In this document: piece by piece, positions 9,489-20,007 of the stretch | Numbering within the stretch: the first letter of the stretch is position 1 | Layout of the letters: each line of letters starts with the position of its first letter | From: Candidatus Omnitrophota bacterium | GTDB taxonomy: Bacteria; Omnitrophota; Gorgyraeia; Tantalellales; Tantalellaceae | DNA length: 64,000 bases | Direction: 5' to 3' | Assembly: GCA_028715965.1 (NCBI GenBank) | Contig: JAQUQS010000002.1 | Location: 13,368-77,367, forward strand | Notes under the pieces: model-generated | Databases searched by the model: none | What the model was told of the DNA's origin: nothing | What the model saw: only the letters and a program-made list of their open reading frames with translations | Translations under genes and position numbers: made by a program

Positions 9489-10505
9489 TCAGACTTCTCT
9501 TCCTACGGCTTCCGCCACCTTCTTGAGGTCCTCCATTACACCCGCGAACTTCTCAGGCAGGAGCGACTGGTCGCCGTCCGATACCGCGTCTTCCGGGGAG
9601 GGATGTACCTCTATCATGAGCCCATCGGCCCCGGCCGCGATAGCCGCCCTCGACATGGTCCCGACCATACCCCACCTGCCGGTACCGTGCGACGGATCGA
9701 CCACTACCGGAAGATGCGTGGAACACTTAAGCGCCGGTACCGCGTTAAGGTCCAGCGTGAACCTCGTATATGTCTCGAACGTGCGGATGCCACGTTCACA
9801 TAGTATGACGTTGGAATTCCCGCCGGCCAGTATATACTCGGCGCTCATAAGGAATTCTTTTATCGTATTAGCCATGCCCCGTTTAAGGAGCACCGGGATC
9901 CTTGTCTTTCCCACTTCCTTCAAAAGGTCGAAGTTCTGCATATTCCTGGCGCCTATCTGTATCATATCGCAATACTTGAGCATAAGATCTATGTTCCTTA
10001 TGTCCATCAGTTCCGATACCACCTTTAGCCCCGTGATCTTTCCTGCCTCCGCCATGTATTTCAATCCTTCTTCGCCCATGCCCTGGAAACTGTAAGGCGA
10101 CGTGCGCGGCTTGAAGGCCCCTCCGCGGAGCATGGTAGCCCCGGCTTCCTTAACTTTGAGCGCGGTCTCAATGAGCATATCACGGCCCTCGATGGAACAG
10201 GGGCCGGCCATCACCACAAGTCTTTTCCCTCCTATCTTCACTCCGCCTCCCACATCAATCACTGTGGGTTCGGAACGATAATCAAGCGACGCCAGCTTAT
10301 AGGGTTTCAATATCGGAATGACACGCTCGACGGCCGCCATACCTTCGAAAGGCATTTCCCTGACCACGTCCTCCCGGCCGATCACACCTATGATGGACCT
10401 CTCCACGCCTTCGGATATCCAGGGTTTAAGCCCGAGACTTTCTATCTTATCTATTACGTGTTTTATATCTTCTTTTGTCGCTCCGGGTTTAAGTACTATT
10501 ATCAC
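9489..10505 (-). CDS. 3-deoxy-7-phosphoheptulonate (DAHP) synthase, class I-beta with N-terminal ferredoxin-like regulatory domain
   Basis: KDO8PS/DAHPS-like core (VMAGPCSIE ... KGAFKPRTSPYSF) preceded by a regulatory domain of about 70 aa. Confidence 0.85.
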   Translation of the reverse strand: MIIVLKPGATKEDIKHVIDKIESLGLKPWISEGVERSIIGVIGREDVVREMPFEGMAAVERVIPILKPYKLASLDYRSEPTVIDVGGGVKIGGKRLVVMAGPCSIEGRDMLIETALKVKEAGATMLRGGAFKPRTSPYSFQGMGEEGLKYMAEAGKITGLKVVSELMDIRNIDLMLKYCDMIQIGARNMQNFDLLKEVGKTRIPVLLKRGMANTIKEFLMSAEYILAGGNSNVILCERGIRTFETYTRFTLDLNAVPALKCSTHLPVVVDPSHGTGRWGMVGTMSRAAIAAGADGLMIEVHPSPEDAVSDGDQSLLPEKFAGVMEDLKKVAEAVGREV

Positions 10506-11662
10506 TTTCCTTCTCCTTTTCCGCCAGCCTGGCCCTTAGCGCAGACCTTCATCCGGTCCCTGGGAACAGCATCCAGCGCTTCTCTCAACATATCAAGGAA
10601 CATATCGTTCTCTTCCCTGAACCCAATACTCACACGTATATACCCATTGAGCCTCCAACCGGACATTTCCCTCACTATCACGCCCTTTTTCAGGATATAT
10701 TCGAAGACCTGCCGGGAATCCCTGAACGTGTCTATGAGTATGAAATTCGTCCGCGAGGGTTTGGCATCAACGTCCATTTTACCCAGCTCCGCGAACATCC
10801 TTTCCTTTTCGGCGCTAACAAGACCGACGGCTTTTTCCACATACGCCTCATCCCCCAGCGCGGCAAGCGCGCCGGCCTGCGCCACGGAATTTATGTTGAA
10901 CGGGTCCCTGACCTTGTTGAGAGCTTGTATGATATCGGGACGTGAGACCCCATACCCGAGCCTGAGCCCGGCCAGGCCATATACCTTAGAGAACGTCCGG
11001 GCAACTATCACGTTCCTGTCCGCCCTGGAAAACACGTCCGGAATGGTCTCGGGATAATCTTCCCCTCTGGCGAACTCGTAATAAGCCTCGTCCAGAAAAA
11101 TAAGCACGTCCTGCGGCATGCTGTCGATGAAAGCGTCAAGCTCCTCTTTTGTAACGTAACATCCCATAGGATTGTCGGGATTCGCGATAAAGACTATCCT
11201 GGTCTTTTCGGTGACCGCTTCACGCATACCCGCAAGATCATACCTGAGCCCCTTCGCCGGTACGGCCACTACCTCGGCCCCTTCCGATATCGCGCTTATC
11301 CTGTACATAAGGAACGTTGGGTCGGCCATTATGACCTCATCGCCCGGCTCCGTGAATGCCCTGATAGCCATAAGTATCACATCGTCGGACCCGTTACCGA
11401 AGATAATGGTATCTCCCGGCACCCCGAGCTTTTCGGATACTGCCTGCCTGAGATAATAACATCCGCCATCCGGATACCTGTTGACATCACCGATCGCTTC
11501 GGTCATGGCCTTTATCGCCGCTGGTGACGGCCTCATTGAATTCTCGTTGGACGCCAGCTTAACCACATTATCCAGGCCAAGCTCCCGTTTTATCTCACTT
11601 ACGGGCCTGCCCGGTCTATATGGGTCCAGTTTTTCCAGTGATCTTCTGTATCTTAACGTCAT
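10502..11662 (-). CDS. histidinol-phosphate / aromatic aminotransferase (HisC family, class II PLP)
   Basis: IANPDNPMG and FSKVYGLAGLRLGY motifs (PLP-binding Lys). Confidence 0.85.
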   Translation of the reverse strand: MTLRYRRSLEKLDPYRPGRPVSEIKRELGLDNVVKLASNENSMRPSPAAIKAMTEAIGDVNRYPDGGCYYLRQAVSEKLGVPGDTIIFGNGSDDVILMAIRAFTEPGDEVIMADPTFLMYRISAISEGAEVVAVPAKGLRYDLAGMREAVTEKTRIVFIANPDNPMGCYVTKEELDAFIDSMPQDVLIFLDEAYYEFARGEDYPETIPDVFSRADRNVIVARTFSKVYGLAGLRLGYGVSRPDIIQALNKVRDPFNINSVAQAGALAALGDEAYVEKAVGLVSAEKERMFAELGKMDVDAKPSRTNFILIDTFRDSRQVFEYILKKGVIVREMSGWRLNGYIRVSIGFREENDMFLDMLREALDAVPRDRMKVCAKGQAGGKGEGK

Positions 11663-11707
11663 TTTTCCTTCTCCGATCTATCCTCCCGCGGGAGGGACTT
11701 TACATAA

Positions 11708-12784
11708 TTATTTACGCTCGCCGGGATACGACCCCAGGACCTTGAAGAACTGGCATTTCTTCTCAAGGTCACCCAGTGTCCGGGCTATCTTAGGCGATAC
11801 TTCGTGGCCGTCCATGTCCACGAAGAAATAATATTTCCACAGCCCTTTCTTTGACGGACGGGACTCGATCTTCGTAAGGTTTATCCCTCGTCTTTTGAAA
11901 GAAGCCAGCATATCGTGCAATATCCCGGGCTTATCCTTTACCGAGAACACAACAGAGGTCTTGTCCTTCGAGGAAGGCCTGCTGGCATGCTTGCCGACCA
12001 CAAGGAACCGGGTAACATTGGTCGCCAGGTCCTCGATCCCCCTCGCGGCTACTTTGAGCTCATATTTTTTAGCGGCCACTTCACTCGCTATGCACGCCGA
12101 TCCCGGGTTCTTTGACGCCAGTTCCGCGGCCTTGGTCGTGGACGCGACCTCCCGGAGCTTTGCCATCGGCAGGTTCTTCTCTATCCATCCCCGGCACTGG
12201 CCGAAAACGTTCGGATGCGAATACAGCACCTTGACGTTCTTGAAGTTACCCGTTCTCGACAATAAACATTCCTTTATCGGAAAATATATTTCCGAACATA
12301 TCAAAAGCGGAGAGTCAACGAACATGTCAAGCGTATGGTTGACCGCGCCTTCGGTCGAGTTCTCTATCGGCACCACGCCGTAATCGGCGTTGCCTTTTTC
12401 CACTTCCCGGAACACGTCCGGGATAGTATCACATGATATGTACGAAACGCTTGAACCGAACTTCTTCATCGCCGCCTGGTGCGTGAACGTGAGTTCCGGT
12501 CCCAGGAACGCTATTTTCATCGGGTGTTCCAGAGAAAGGCACGCTGACATTATTTCCCTGTATATCGCCCTGACGGACGCCGACGGCAGCGGCCCCTTGT
12601 TCTTCTTGGACACGCTTTCGTACACCTGGGATTCCCTGTCGGGGCTGTATATCTCCTGGCCGCGTTTCTTCTTCGACGCGCCTATGGCACAACTTACATC
12701 GGCCCTTTCATTGAGAAGCCCTATTATGTGAGAGTCTATACCGTCGATCTTTTTCCTGAGCTTATTCAGATTTTTCTGGCTCAT
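11708..12784 (-). CDS. pheA: bifunctional chorismate mutase / prephenate dehydratase (P-protein)
   Basis: Chorismate-mutase N-terminus (LRKKIDGIDSHIIGLLNERA), a PDT domain (KIAFLGPELTFTH) and a C-terminal ACT domain; start set at MSQKN after GAGAGGGAAGG. Confidence 0.9.
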   Translation of the reverse strand: MSQKNLNKLRKKIDGIDSHIIGLLNERADVSCAIGASKKKRGQEIYSPDRESQVYESVSKKNKGPLPSASVRAIYREIMSACLSLEHPMKIAFLGPELTFTHQAAMKKFGSSVSYISCDTIPDVFREVEKGNADYGVVPIENSTEGAVNHTLDMFVDSPLLICSEIYFPIKECLLSRTGNFKNVKVLYSHPNVFGQCRGWIEKNLPMAKLREVASTTKAAELASKNPGSACIASEVAAKKYELKVAARGIEDLATNVTRFLVVGKHASRPSSKDKTSVVFSVKDKPGILHDMLASFKRRGINLTKIESRPSKKGLWKYYFFVDMDGHEVSPKIARTLGDLEKKCQFFKVLGSYPGERK

Positions 12785-13589
12785 GACCTTCCCTCTCGTT
12801 TGAATGTTCTTCCTCCGGCCCCGGATCCATGCCACCAGCCGCGTTCGGCCCTTCCTCGGATGTTTCCGGACCCGCGACAGGCACAGGCATATCGTCCTTG
12901 CCGCCAGTCCCTACATCCCCATCGCCTGCCGGTTCAGGATTTTCCCCGGTAAAAGCTCTCGCCTTTTCCTCGAATTCCAGGAACGCCCGGTCTTCCTCCA
13001 CATCGGTATATTCGCTCTTGTCGTCACCGACCGGCAGGACATCCTCGTGCCTGCCGTAGTCCAGTTCCTCTTCAGAGAATTCCCTGAGCGCCGGAAGTTC
13101 GTCCAACCCGCCCAAACCGAACACCTCAAGGAACTTTTCGGTGGTACCGTAAAGCAGGGGTTTACCGATAACGTTCTTACGGCCTTTTATCTGTATGAGC
13201 CCTTTATCTATTATCGTCTTGATAACGCCGCCCGCGTTGACCCCACGCACACTTTCTATCTCGGCGCGCGTCACAGGCTGCTTATATGCTATGATCGCGA
13301 GGGTCTCGAGCGAAGGCCCTGTGAGCCTGTCAGATTCCTTTTCGTAGAGCCTGTTTATCCACGGCTGGTACTCCGGCTTTGTCACTATCCTGTGTCGGCC
13401 GGCGATCTCCGCGATCTTGAACGCCCGCTCGGGAGCTTCATAATCCCGGGAAAGGGACTCCAGCGCCTCGTTTATCTCCTTGAGGTCGAACTCCTCGATC
13501 GCCCCCTTGAGATCCTCGGTCTTGATACCTTCTTCCGACACTATGAGAAGTGCTTCTATTATGCTTTTTAGTTTTCCGATCCTGTCCAT
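12762..13589 (-). CDS. scpB: segregation and condensation protein B with long acidic C-terminal tail
   Basis: ScpB winged-helix repeats (RAEIESVRGVNAGGVIKTIIDKGLI); the C-terminal roughly 75 aa are D/E/P/G-rich. Confidence 0.85.
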   Translation of the reverse strand: MDRIGKLKSIIEALLIVSEEGIKTEDLKGAIEEFDLKEINEALESLSRDYEAPERAFKIAEIAGRHRIVTKPEYQPWINRLYEKESDRLTGPSLETLAIIAYKQPVTRAEIESVRGVNAGGVIKTIIDKGLIQIKGRKNVIGKPLLYGTTEKFLEVFGLGGLDELPALREFSEEELDYGRHEDVLPVGDDKSEYTDVEEDRAFLEFEEKARAFTGENPEPAGDGDVGTGGKDDMPVPVAGPETSEEGPNAAGGMDPGPEEEHSNEREGHEPEKSE

Positions 13590-14377
13590 GTCCCGTCTTC
13601 CGCTTCTATACTTTCTTCCCCTTCTGTCCTGCCTCCTTCGGCCGGAGCTTTTTCCACCTCGGGGTTCCTTATCACCTCTATGTCATCGAAAACGCTCTTC
13701 TGGACCGCGACAACTTCCCTCATTTTCATCAGCTCTAGTATCGCCAGGAAGACGGTGATGACCTCTTCCCTGGTACAGGAGTTCGAAAAAAGGGAAGAAA
13801 AAAGGATACGCGGCGTTTTCGCGAGTATATGGTATATCTCATGTATCTTTTCGCTTACCGTGAACTTATTACGTACCACCTGGTGAAAAGTCTCTTTGGG
13901 TACGCTCGTCAGGACCTTCTGGAAAGCCGTTATAAGGTCAAAGAGGCTGGCCTCAAAATACTCTTCCCCGTCCCCCGACAGGAAGGTCTCCGGCTCCCCC
14001 GCGCCGCGCCTCACGAATATATCCTTATGACGTTCACGCATCTCGGCAAGCTTGTCCGCGGCATCCTTATACTTCTTGTACTCCAGGAGACGTTTCACGA
14101 GTTCCTCCCGCGGGTCAGCCAGCTCTTCTTCCTCCGGCTCCTGTTCTTCCCTGGGAAGCAGCATCTTACTCTTTATGTGTATAAGTGTGGCCGCCATGAC
14201 AAGGAACTCCCCGGCTATCTGGAGATCAAGCATTTTCATGAGCTCAAGATATTCGATATATTGCGCGGTTATCCTGGATATGGGGATATCGTAAATATCG
14301 ATCTTTTCCTTTTTGATAAGGAAAAGCAGCAAGTCCAGTGGTCCTTCAAAAATGTTAAGTTTTACCTTATACGTCAT
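13568..14377 (-). CDS. scpA: segregation and condensation protein A
   Basis: LNIFEGPLDLLLFLIKKEKIDIYDIPI matches the kleisin ScpA N-terminus. Confidence 0.85.
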   Translation of the reverse strand: MTYKVKLNIFEGPLDLLLFLIKKEKIDIYDIPISRITAQYIEYLELMKMLDLQIAGEFLVMAATLIHIKSKMLLPREEQEPEEEELADPREELVKRLLEYKKYKDAADKLAEMRERHKDIFVRRGAGEPETFLSGDGEEYFEASLFDLITAFQKVLTSVPKETFHQVVRNKFTVSEKIHEIYHILAKTPRILFSSLFSNSCTREEVITVFLAILELMKMREVVAVQKSVFDDIEVIRNPEVEKAPAEGGRTEGEESIEAEDGTWTGSEN

Positions 14378-14404
14378 AGGTATTCCCGGGCTCAAGACCC
14401 CCGG

Positions 14405-15412
14405 TCAGAGAATGACCTGGTGCAGGCATTTTTTGACCTTGGTCATCGTCTTCTGGGCTGCCCTTCTGGCCCTGACGGCCCCCTGTTCAATGATCGCCTT
14501 CACGTCCCCGTCCGACAGGCTTTCCCGTTTCTTGCGGATAGGGTCCAGAAAAACGTTAAGCGCGGTGGCCAACTTTTCCTTGACCTCCACATCGCCCACG
14601 TTACCCTGCCTGTACCGTTCCTTGAGATCCTCCACCTCATCCTTGTTCGGATTGAACACATCATGATACATGAAAACCGGGTTCCCCTCGACCTTTCCCG
14701 GGATATCTGCCCTTGTCCTGGAGGGGTCCGTGTACATGCTGAATACCTTTTTCCTCACAACGTTCGCCGGGTCGGAAAGGGATATGAAGTTCCCGTAACT
14801 CTTGGACATCTTCCTGTTATCCAGACCCACCAGTTTTGATACCTTGGTAAGTATCGGCTCGGGCTCGGCGAATATCTCACGATCGTAAAGAGAATGGAAA
14901 CGCCTAATTATCTCCCTGGCAAGCTCAAGATGCGGCAGCTGGTCCACCCCGACAGGCACGGCATTAGCCCTATAAAGCGCTATGTCCGCCGCCTGAAGCA
15001 CCGGATACCCGAGAAAACCGTATGTAGCGATCATCCTGCCTTTTATCTCGCGAAGCTGTTCTTTATAGGTCGCGCATCTTTCCAGCCATCCCAGGGGAGT
15101 AAGCAGCGAGAACGTCATCGCGAGTTCCAGGTGTTCAGGCACCATGCTCTGTACGAATATAACGCTCCGTTCGGGGTCGATCCCGCACGCCACCCAGTCC
15201 TTAACTATCTCAAAGCTGTTCTTCTTTATGTCCGACGGTTTTTCATACTCGGAGAGGAGCGCATGCCAGTCAGCGACCATGAAAAAACATTCGTACTCCT
15301 CCTGCATGCGTACGTAATTCTCTATGGCGCCCACATAATGCCCCAGATGCAGGCTCCCCGTGGGCCTCATGCCGCTTAGTATGATCTTCCTGGCCGTTCT
15401 TTCACTTTCCAT
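14405..15412 (-). CDS. trpS: tryptophanyl-tRNA synthetase
   Basis: Class I HIGH-type motif (TGSLHLGHY) and the KMSKS motif. Confidence 0.9.
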   Translation of the reverse strand: MESERTARKIILSGMRPTGSLHLGHYVGAIENYVRMQEEYECFFMVADWHALLSEYEKPSDIKKNSFEIVKDWVACGIDPERSVIFVQSMVPEHLELAMTFSLLTPLGWLERCATYKEQLREIKGRMIATYGFLGYPVLQAADIALYRANAVPVGVDQLPHLELAREIIRRFHSLYDREIFAEPEPILTKVSKLVGLDNRKMSKSYGNFISLSDPANVVRKKVFSMYTDPSRTRADIPGKVEGNPVFMYHDVFNPNKDEVEDLKERYRQGNVGDVEVKEKLATALNVFLDPIRKKRESLSDGDVKAIIEQGAVRARRAAQKTMTKVKKCLHQVIL

Positions 15413-15442
15413 CCCGTGTCCACCTCACCATCGCTACCGTGA

Positions 15443-17929
15443 TCACTTTGTGAGCCTTCTGGCCACTTTTTCCACTATGTACGCCTCTATGATATCGTTC
15501 ACCCGTATATCGGTGAACCCTTTGAGCGATATACCGCACTCAAAGCCTTCCTTCACTTCCTTCACATCGTCCTTGAACCTTTTAAGCGCGTCTATCTCCC
15601 CGGTGTGTATGATCTCGTCCGCGCGCTTTACCCTTACCATGTCTTTCCTGTGTATAACGCCTTTGATGACCGAACATCCGGCTACCTTGCCTATCTTGGT
15701 CGCCTGGAACATCTGTTTGACCTGCGCCGCGCCCTGGTATACTTCCTTTTCCTCCGGTTCCAGCAGGCCTTCCATACCGGCCCGCACATCGGCTATCGCC
15801 TCATATATGACCTCATACATACGATAGTCTATGTTCTCGCTTTTAGCCATCTCTTCGGCTTTACCGTCTATCTTGACATGGAATCCTATGATGATCGCGT
15901 TCGATACCACTGCCAGCATCACATCCGACTCATTAACGTTACCGACCGCCGAATGTATTATATTCAGCTTCACTTCGCTGGTCGCAAGTTCCCCGAAGGA
16001 ATGCTCCAAAGCTTCCATCGACCCCTGCACATCGGCTTTCAGCACGATCTTAAGTTCTTTGACCTCCCCTTCCATTATCTGGGTATGCAGGTCCTCCAAT
16101 GTGACGCGGTGCCGGCCGAATATCTTCTTTTTATGCGACTGGCTCTTTTTGAGGTCCGTAAGGGTCTTCGCCTTTTTCTCGTCCTTTACCGCGAAGAACT
16201 CCTCTCCCGCCTCCGGAAGGCCCTGGAGCCCCAGCACCTCCACCGGAGTGGACGGAAGGGCTTCTTCCACCCTCTTACTCGAGTTATTGAGCATCGCCTT
16301 GACCTTGCCATAGTTCGATCCGCAGAGCACTATGTCCCCGGGCTTAAGCGTACCGTTCTGCACAAGAAGCGTAACTACCACGCCTTGACCGGGTGTTTTC
16401 CTGCTCTCAATTACCACACCCCTTGCCCTGAGGGTGGGGTTGGCCTTAAGTTCTAACATCTCGGATTCCAGCATGAGCATCTCCACCAGGGAGTCCACGC
16501 CCTGCCCGGTATGCGCGGATACCTCTACCATTATCGTGCTTCCGCCCCATACTTCGGGAGCGAGACCTTCTTTCTGCAGTTCCTGTTTGACCTTATCGGG
16601 CTGCGCCCCGGGAAGATCGCATTTATTTATAGCCACGACTATCGGGACATTGGCCGCCCTCGCGTGGTCTATAGCTTCTTTTGTCTGGGGCATCACCCCG
16701 TCATCCGCGGCCACGACAAGGACAACTACGTCGGTCGCGTGGGCACCCCGCGCGCGCATAGCCGTAAAAGCGGCATGGCCGGGAGTATCAAGGAACGTTA
16801 CCGCCCCTTTGGATGTTTCTACCTTGTACGCTCCTATATGCTGGGTTATCCCGCCCTTTTCATCTTTCGCCACCATCGTCTTCCGGATATAATCCAAAAG
16901 CGACGTCTTTCCGTGATCGACATGGCCCATGAACGTAACAACGGGCGCGCGGGAGACAAGATTCGCCTTCAGGTTCTCCTGCTGCTCTCCCACAAGGTCC
17001 TTTTCTATGGACTCAACCGTTTCGCCAAGCTCCAGGTCATACCCGAAGTTCGCCAGTATATCCCGTACCGTCTCCTCGTCAAGGTCCTGGTTTATATTCG
17101 TGAAAGCGCCCTTGGCCATCAGGTACTGCAATACCTGGTTGGGTTTTATGTTTATCCTGGGGGCCAGGGTACGCACACTTACGGGAAAATGCACCTCAAG
17201 CTTCTGCGGCGCTTTCCTGGCGGAGGCCTGCTTGGTCTCTTCCGCCTTGCCCGCGGATAGCCTGACCTCCTCAAGGGAAGCCGGCCTGCGCGGCCGCTGT
17301 CCGATAGCCGCTTTCTCGATTATCTCGATATTATGTTTTTTGCCCTTTTGCTTTCCCTTTTTGGTGTAGGATTTCGGTATATGGGCTTTTTCCACGATCT
17401 CGATAGCGGGTTTTTCTTTTGAGACCTTTTTTTTCTTCTTGCCCAGGAGGTCCTTATCCTCTTCTTCCTCGTTGCTCACCTCCGGTGCCTTCTCCTCTTC
17501 CGGCACGCTGACAGGCGCTCTTTCTACTATCTCTATCGCCCTTTTGCCCGGCACGTCTATGGTTATGGTATCTTTTTTCGGCGCCTCATCGACCTTCTCC
17601 TCTTCTTTCCCTGGAGCGACAGCCTCGGGCTCTTTCTCCGGTGTTTCTTCTTTCTTTTTCCGGCCTTTTGTCTTTTTAGCGGGCTTTTTTTCTTCCTCGG
17701 CGGGTTCGGTCGTTTTCTTCTTGACCACCGCCTTTTTAGGCTTCTTTTCCTTTTTTGGTTTTTCAGGCACGGAAGACCCGCCCAGTTTTATGCGTACCAG
17801 GGCTGCTATCTTATCGCCTATCTGGCTGTTACCATCCTCGGCATCCATGTAAAGACGCCTGAGTTGGTCGAGCACTTCGTCGTTCTTTACGCCAAGTTCT
17901 TTCGCCAGATCAGAGACCTTAATACCCAT
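15443..17929 (-). CDS. infB: translation initiation factor IF-2
   Basis: Lys/Glu-rich N-terminal region and GTPase domain (GHVDHGKTSLLD, DTPGH, NKCD). Confidence 0.95.
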   Translation of the reverse strand: MGIKVSDLAKELGVKNDEVLDQLRRLYMDAEDGNSQIGDKIAALVRIKLGGSSVPEKPKKEKKPKKAVVKKKTTEPAEEEKKPAKKTKGRKKKEETPEKEPEAVAPGKEEEKVDEAPKKDTITIDVPGKRAIEIVERAPVSVPEEEKAPEVSNEEEEDKDLLGKKKKKVSKEKPAIEIVEKAHIPKSYTKKGKQKGKKHNIEIIEKAAIGQRPRRPASLEEVRLSAGKAEETKQASARKAPQKLEVHFPVSVRTLAPRINIKPNQVLQYLMAKGAFTNINQDLDEETVRDILANFGYDLELGETVESIEKDLVGEQQENLKANLVSRAPVVTFMGHVDHGKTSLLDYIRKTMVAKDEKGGITQHIGAYKVETSKGAVTFLDTPGHAAFTAMRARGAHATDVVVLVVAADDGVMPQTKEAIDHARAANVPIVVAINKCDLPGAQPDKVKQELQKEGLAPEVWGGSTIMVEVSAHTGQGVDSLVEMLMLESEMLELKANPTLRARGVVIESRKTPGQGVVVTLLVQNGTLKPGDIVLCGSNYGKVKAMLNNSSKRVEEALPSTPVEVLGLQGLPEAGEEFFAVKDEKKAKTLTDLKKSQSHKKKIFGRHRVTLEDLHTQIMEGEVKELKIVLKADVQGSMEALEHSFGELATSEVKLNIIHSAVGNVNESDVMLAVVSNAIIIGFHVKIDGKAEEMAKSENIDYRMYEVIYEAIADVRAGMEGLLEPEEKEVYQGAAQVKQMFQATKIGKVAGCSVIKGVIHRKDMVRVKRADEIIHTGEIDALKRFKDDVKEVKEGFECGISLKGFTDIRVNDIIEAYIVEKVARRLTK

Positions 17930-17956
17930 ATTTATTCGACCTTTCGGATTACTTGT

Positions 17957-19318
17957 TTAAGATTGATCAGCTACTTCTTCGTCTTTCTCCACTTCCCCGG
18001 TATCAGCGGAAGCGTCTTTATCTTCCCCCGGGACGTCCTCTTCATCTTCAGCGGGACTCTCGATGTTCGCGAACACATCACCCGCTTTACTCCCTTCGCC
18101 GGTGGAACTCTCATCCGCGGACGCGTTCTCTTCCGTTCTTTCCGCTTTGCTGGCTTCTTCGGCCTCACGTTTTATCTGTATCAGTTTTTCTATGGCTTCG
18201 CGGGCCGAGCTGATGATCTTCTCAGCGGTCTTCTCTCCGATACCGTTCAACTTGGACAGGTCATTCACGCTGGCCTTCGCAAGCCTTTTAGCTGAATAGT
18301 AGCCCGCCTCTTCAAGCGTTCCCATCATCTTTTCCCCTACGCCCGATACATCTGAAAGCGGCAGGTCAAGCGCCGCGTCCTCATCGGACTCCGCGACCAG
18401 TTCCCAACCCAGGAGCTTGGAAGCAAGGCGTATGTTACGCCCCTTCTTCCCGATGAGAAGTGAAAGCTGGTCCTTGGGCACAGTAAGCGTTATCGTGTTG
18501 TTCTCCCTGTCTATTACCATGCGGGACACTTCCGCGGGGCTTATGGCGGCCGGCAGATATTCCCTTATATCGTCGTCCCACTTTATTATGTCTATCCTCT
18601 CCCCATGAAGTTCCTTGACGATGTCCCTTACCCTGGAACCACGCATACCCACACACGCGCCTACGGGGTCTATCTTATCATCCTTTGAGTAAACCGCGAG
18701 CTTCGTACGTTCCCCGGCTTCCCTGGCTATCGATTTGATCTCCACTATACCCTGAGATATCTCCGGCACTTCCAGCTCAAAAAGTTTTTTTACGAACCCC
18801 GGGTCCGTACGCGACAACACGAGCTCGGGACCTCCGGTATTCTTGTCCACCTTTATCAGGTACGCCCTTATGGTCTCGCCCTGATGGAATTTCTCACGCG
18901 GTATCTGCTCGTTCTTCGGGAGGATAGCCTCCGCGTCGTCTATCTCGACTATTACATTACCCTTTTCGAACCTGTGCACGGACCCGCTTATTATCATGCC
19001 TTCTTTTTTCTTGTACTTATCGAATATCACGTCCCGTTCCGCCTCGCGTATCTTCTGTATTATGACCTGTTTGGCGGTCTGCGCGGCTATCCTGCCGAAC
19101 CGTTCGCTCTTGATCTCTTCCCCCTCGGAATAAACGCCTATCTCCCCGGTCTCCTTATCTACGGTCACCGTGATGTCTTCTTTGGAGATCTCGGGATCAT
19201 CTATGACCTTACGCGCCGCGCTTGCCAGGGCGCTTTCTATCGCCTCGAAAAGCACGTCCTTGCTTATCCCTTTTTCCCGCTCTATTCTTTCGAGTGCAGT
19301 TAACAAAGCTCCGTTCAT
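17957..19318 (-). CDS. nusA: transcription termination/antitermination factor NusA
   Basis: NusA N-terminal domain, S1 and KH domains, and an acidic C-terminal tail; canonical rimP-nusA-infB order. Confidence 0.95.
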   Translation of the reverse strand: MNGALLTALERIEREKGISKDVLFEAIESALASAARKVIDDPEISKEDITVTVDKETGEIGVYSEGEEIKSERFGRIAAQTAKQVIIQKIREAERDVIFDKYKKKEGMIISGSVHRFEKGNVIVEIDDAEAILPKNEQIPREKFHQGETIRAYLIKVDKNTGGPELVLSRTDPGFVKKLFELEVPEISQGIVEIKSIAREAGERTKLAVYSKDDKIDPVGACVGMRGSRVRDIVKELHGERIDIIKWDDDIREYLPAAISPAEVSRMVIDRENNTITLTVPKDQLSLLIGKKGRNIRLASKLLGWELVAESDEDAALDLPLSDVSGVGEKMMGTLEEAGYYSAKRLAKASVNDLSKLNGIGEKTAEKIISSAREAIEKLIQIKREAEEASKAERTEENASADESSTGEGSKAGDVFANIESPAEDEEDVPGEDKDASADTGEVEKDEEVADQS

Positions 19319-19348
19319 GTTATATCTCCGTTCTTTCCTGATATCTTG

Positions 19349-19819
19349 TTATTTTTTCTTCCTGAAATATAATTTCACTTTGGCCAGGTTCTTCTTGTCC
19401 ACGGTAATTTTACCCTCGGTCCCGTCCTCCAAGACAAGCCCGGTCTCCTTGTTCCCGGAGATCAACTTACCCGTGAGCATATTCTTTCCGTCCATGGGTT
19501 CATGCAGCCTGACCTCGACCTCCCGCTCCCGTGCCCATTCGAACGACCTTTCGGTATCCAGTTCGCGGTCAAGCCCCGGAGAGGACACGTCAACGACATA
19601 GCCGTTGGCATACATGCCTTCTTTTTCGAACCATCTGCCAACAATCTTGTTGAGCTCTCCGCATTCTGAAGCGGAAATCCCACCTTTTTTATCTATAACA
19701 ATCTCGAAATGAGTCGTTCTGCCGGGTTTTGTCCTTATATCCACAAGCTCATACCCCATGGACCCACATTGTTCCACGAGAAATTCCGCTACTTCCCGGG
19801 GCACTTTCATAAAAGACAT
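19349..19819 (-). CDS. rimP: ribosome maturation factor RimP
   Basis: RimP-like sequence immediately upstream of nusA; start set at MSFMK after GAGGTAGGG. Confidence 0.85.
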   Translation of the reverse strand: MSFMKVPREVAEFLVEQCGSMGYELVDIRTKPGRTTHFEIVIDKKGGISASECGELNKIVGRWFEKEGMYANGYVVDVSSPGLDRELDTERSFEWAREREVEVRLHEPMDGKNMLTGKLISGNKETGLVLEDGTEGKITVDKKNLAKVKLYFRKKK

Positions 19820-19925
19820 GTCCCTACCTCTCTTTTCGATATTTCCCCGACATTCACACACTTACCCCTTATAAAAAAATAAGCGGGCGGTACGGCCCAC
19901 TTACTCATAAGTTGAACTCTATGTG

Positions 19926-19953
19926 ATTTTAGTATAATAATATAGAGTTGTCA
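19926..19953 (-). promoter_or_regulatory. putative sigma70 promoter for rimP-nusA-infB
   Basis: Minus strand reads TTGACA-N16/17-TAAAAT about 100 nt upstream of the rimP start. Confidence 0.5.
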
Positions 19954-20007
19954 AGGTCTATCGCCCGGCAAAGAAGGCATAACATCCAGGCGAAAAATAT
20001 ATACGAA

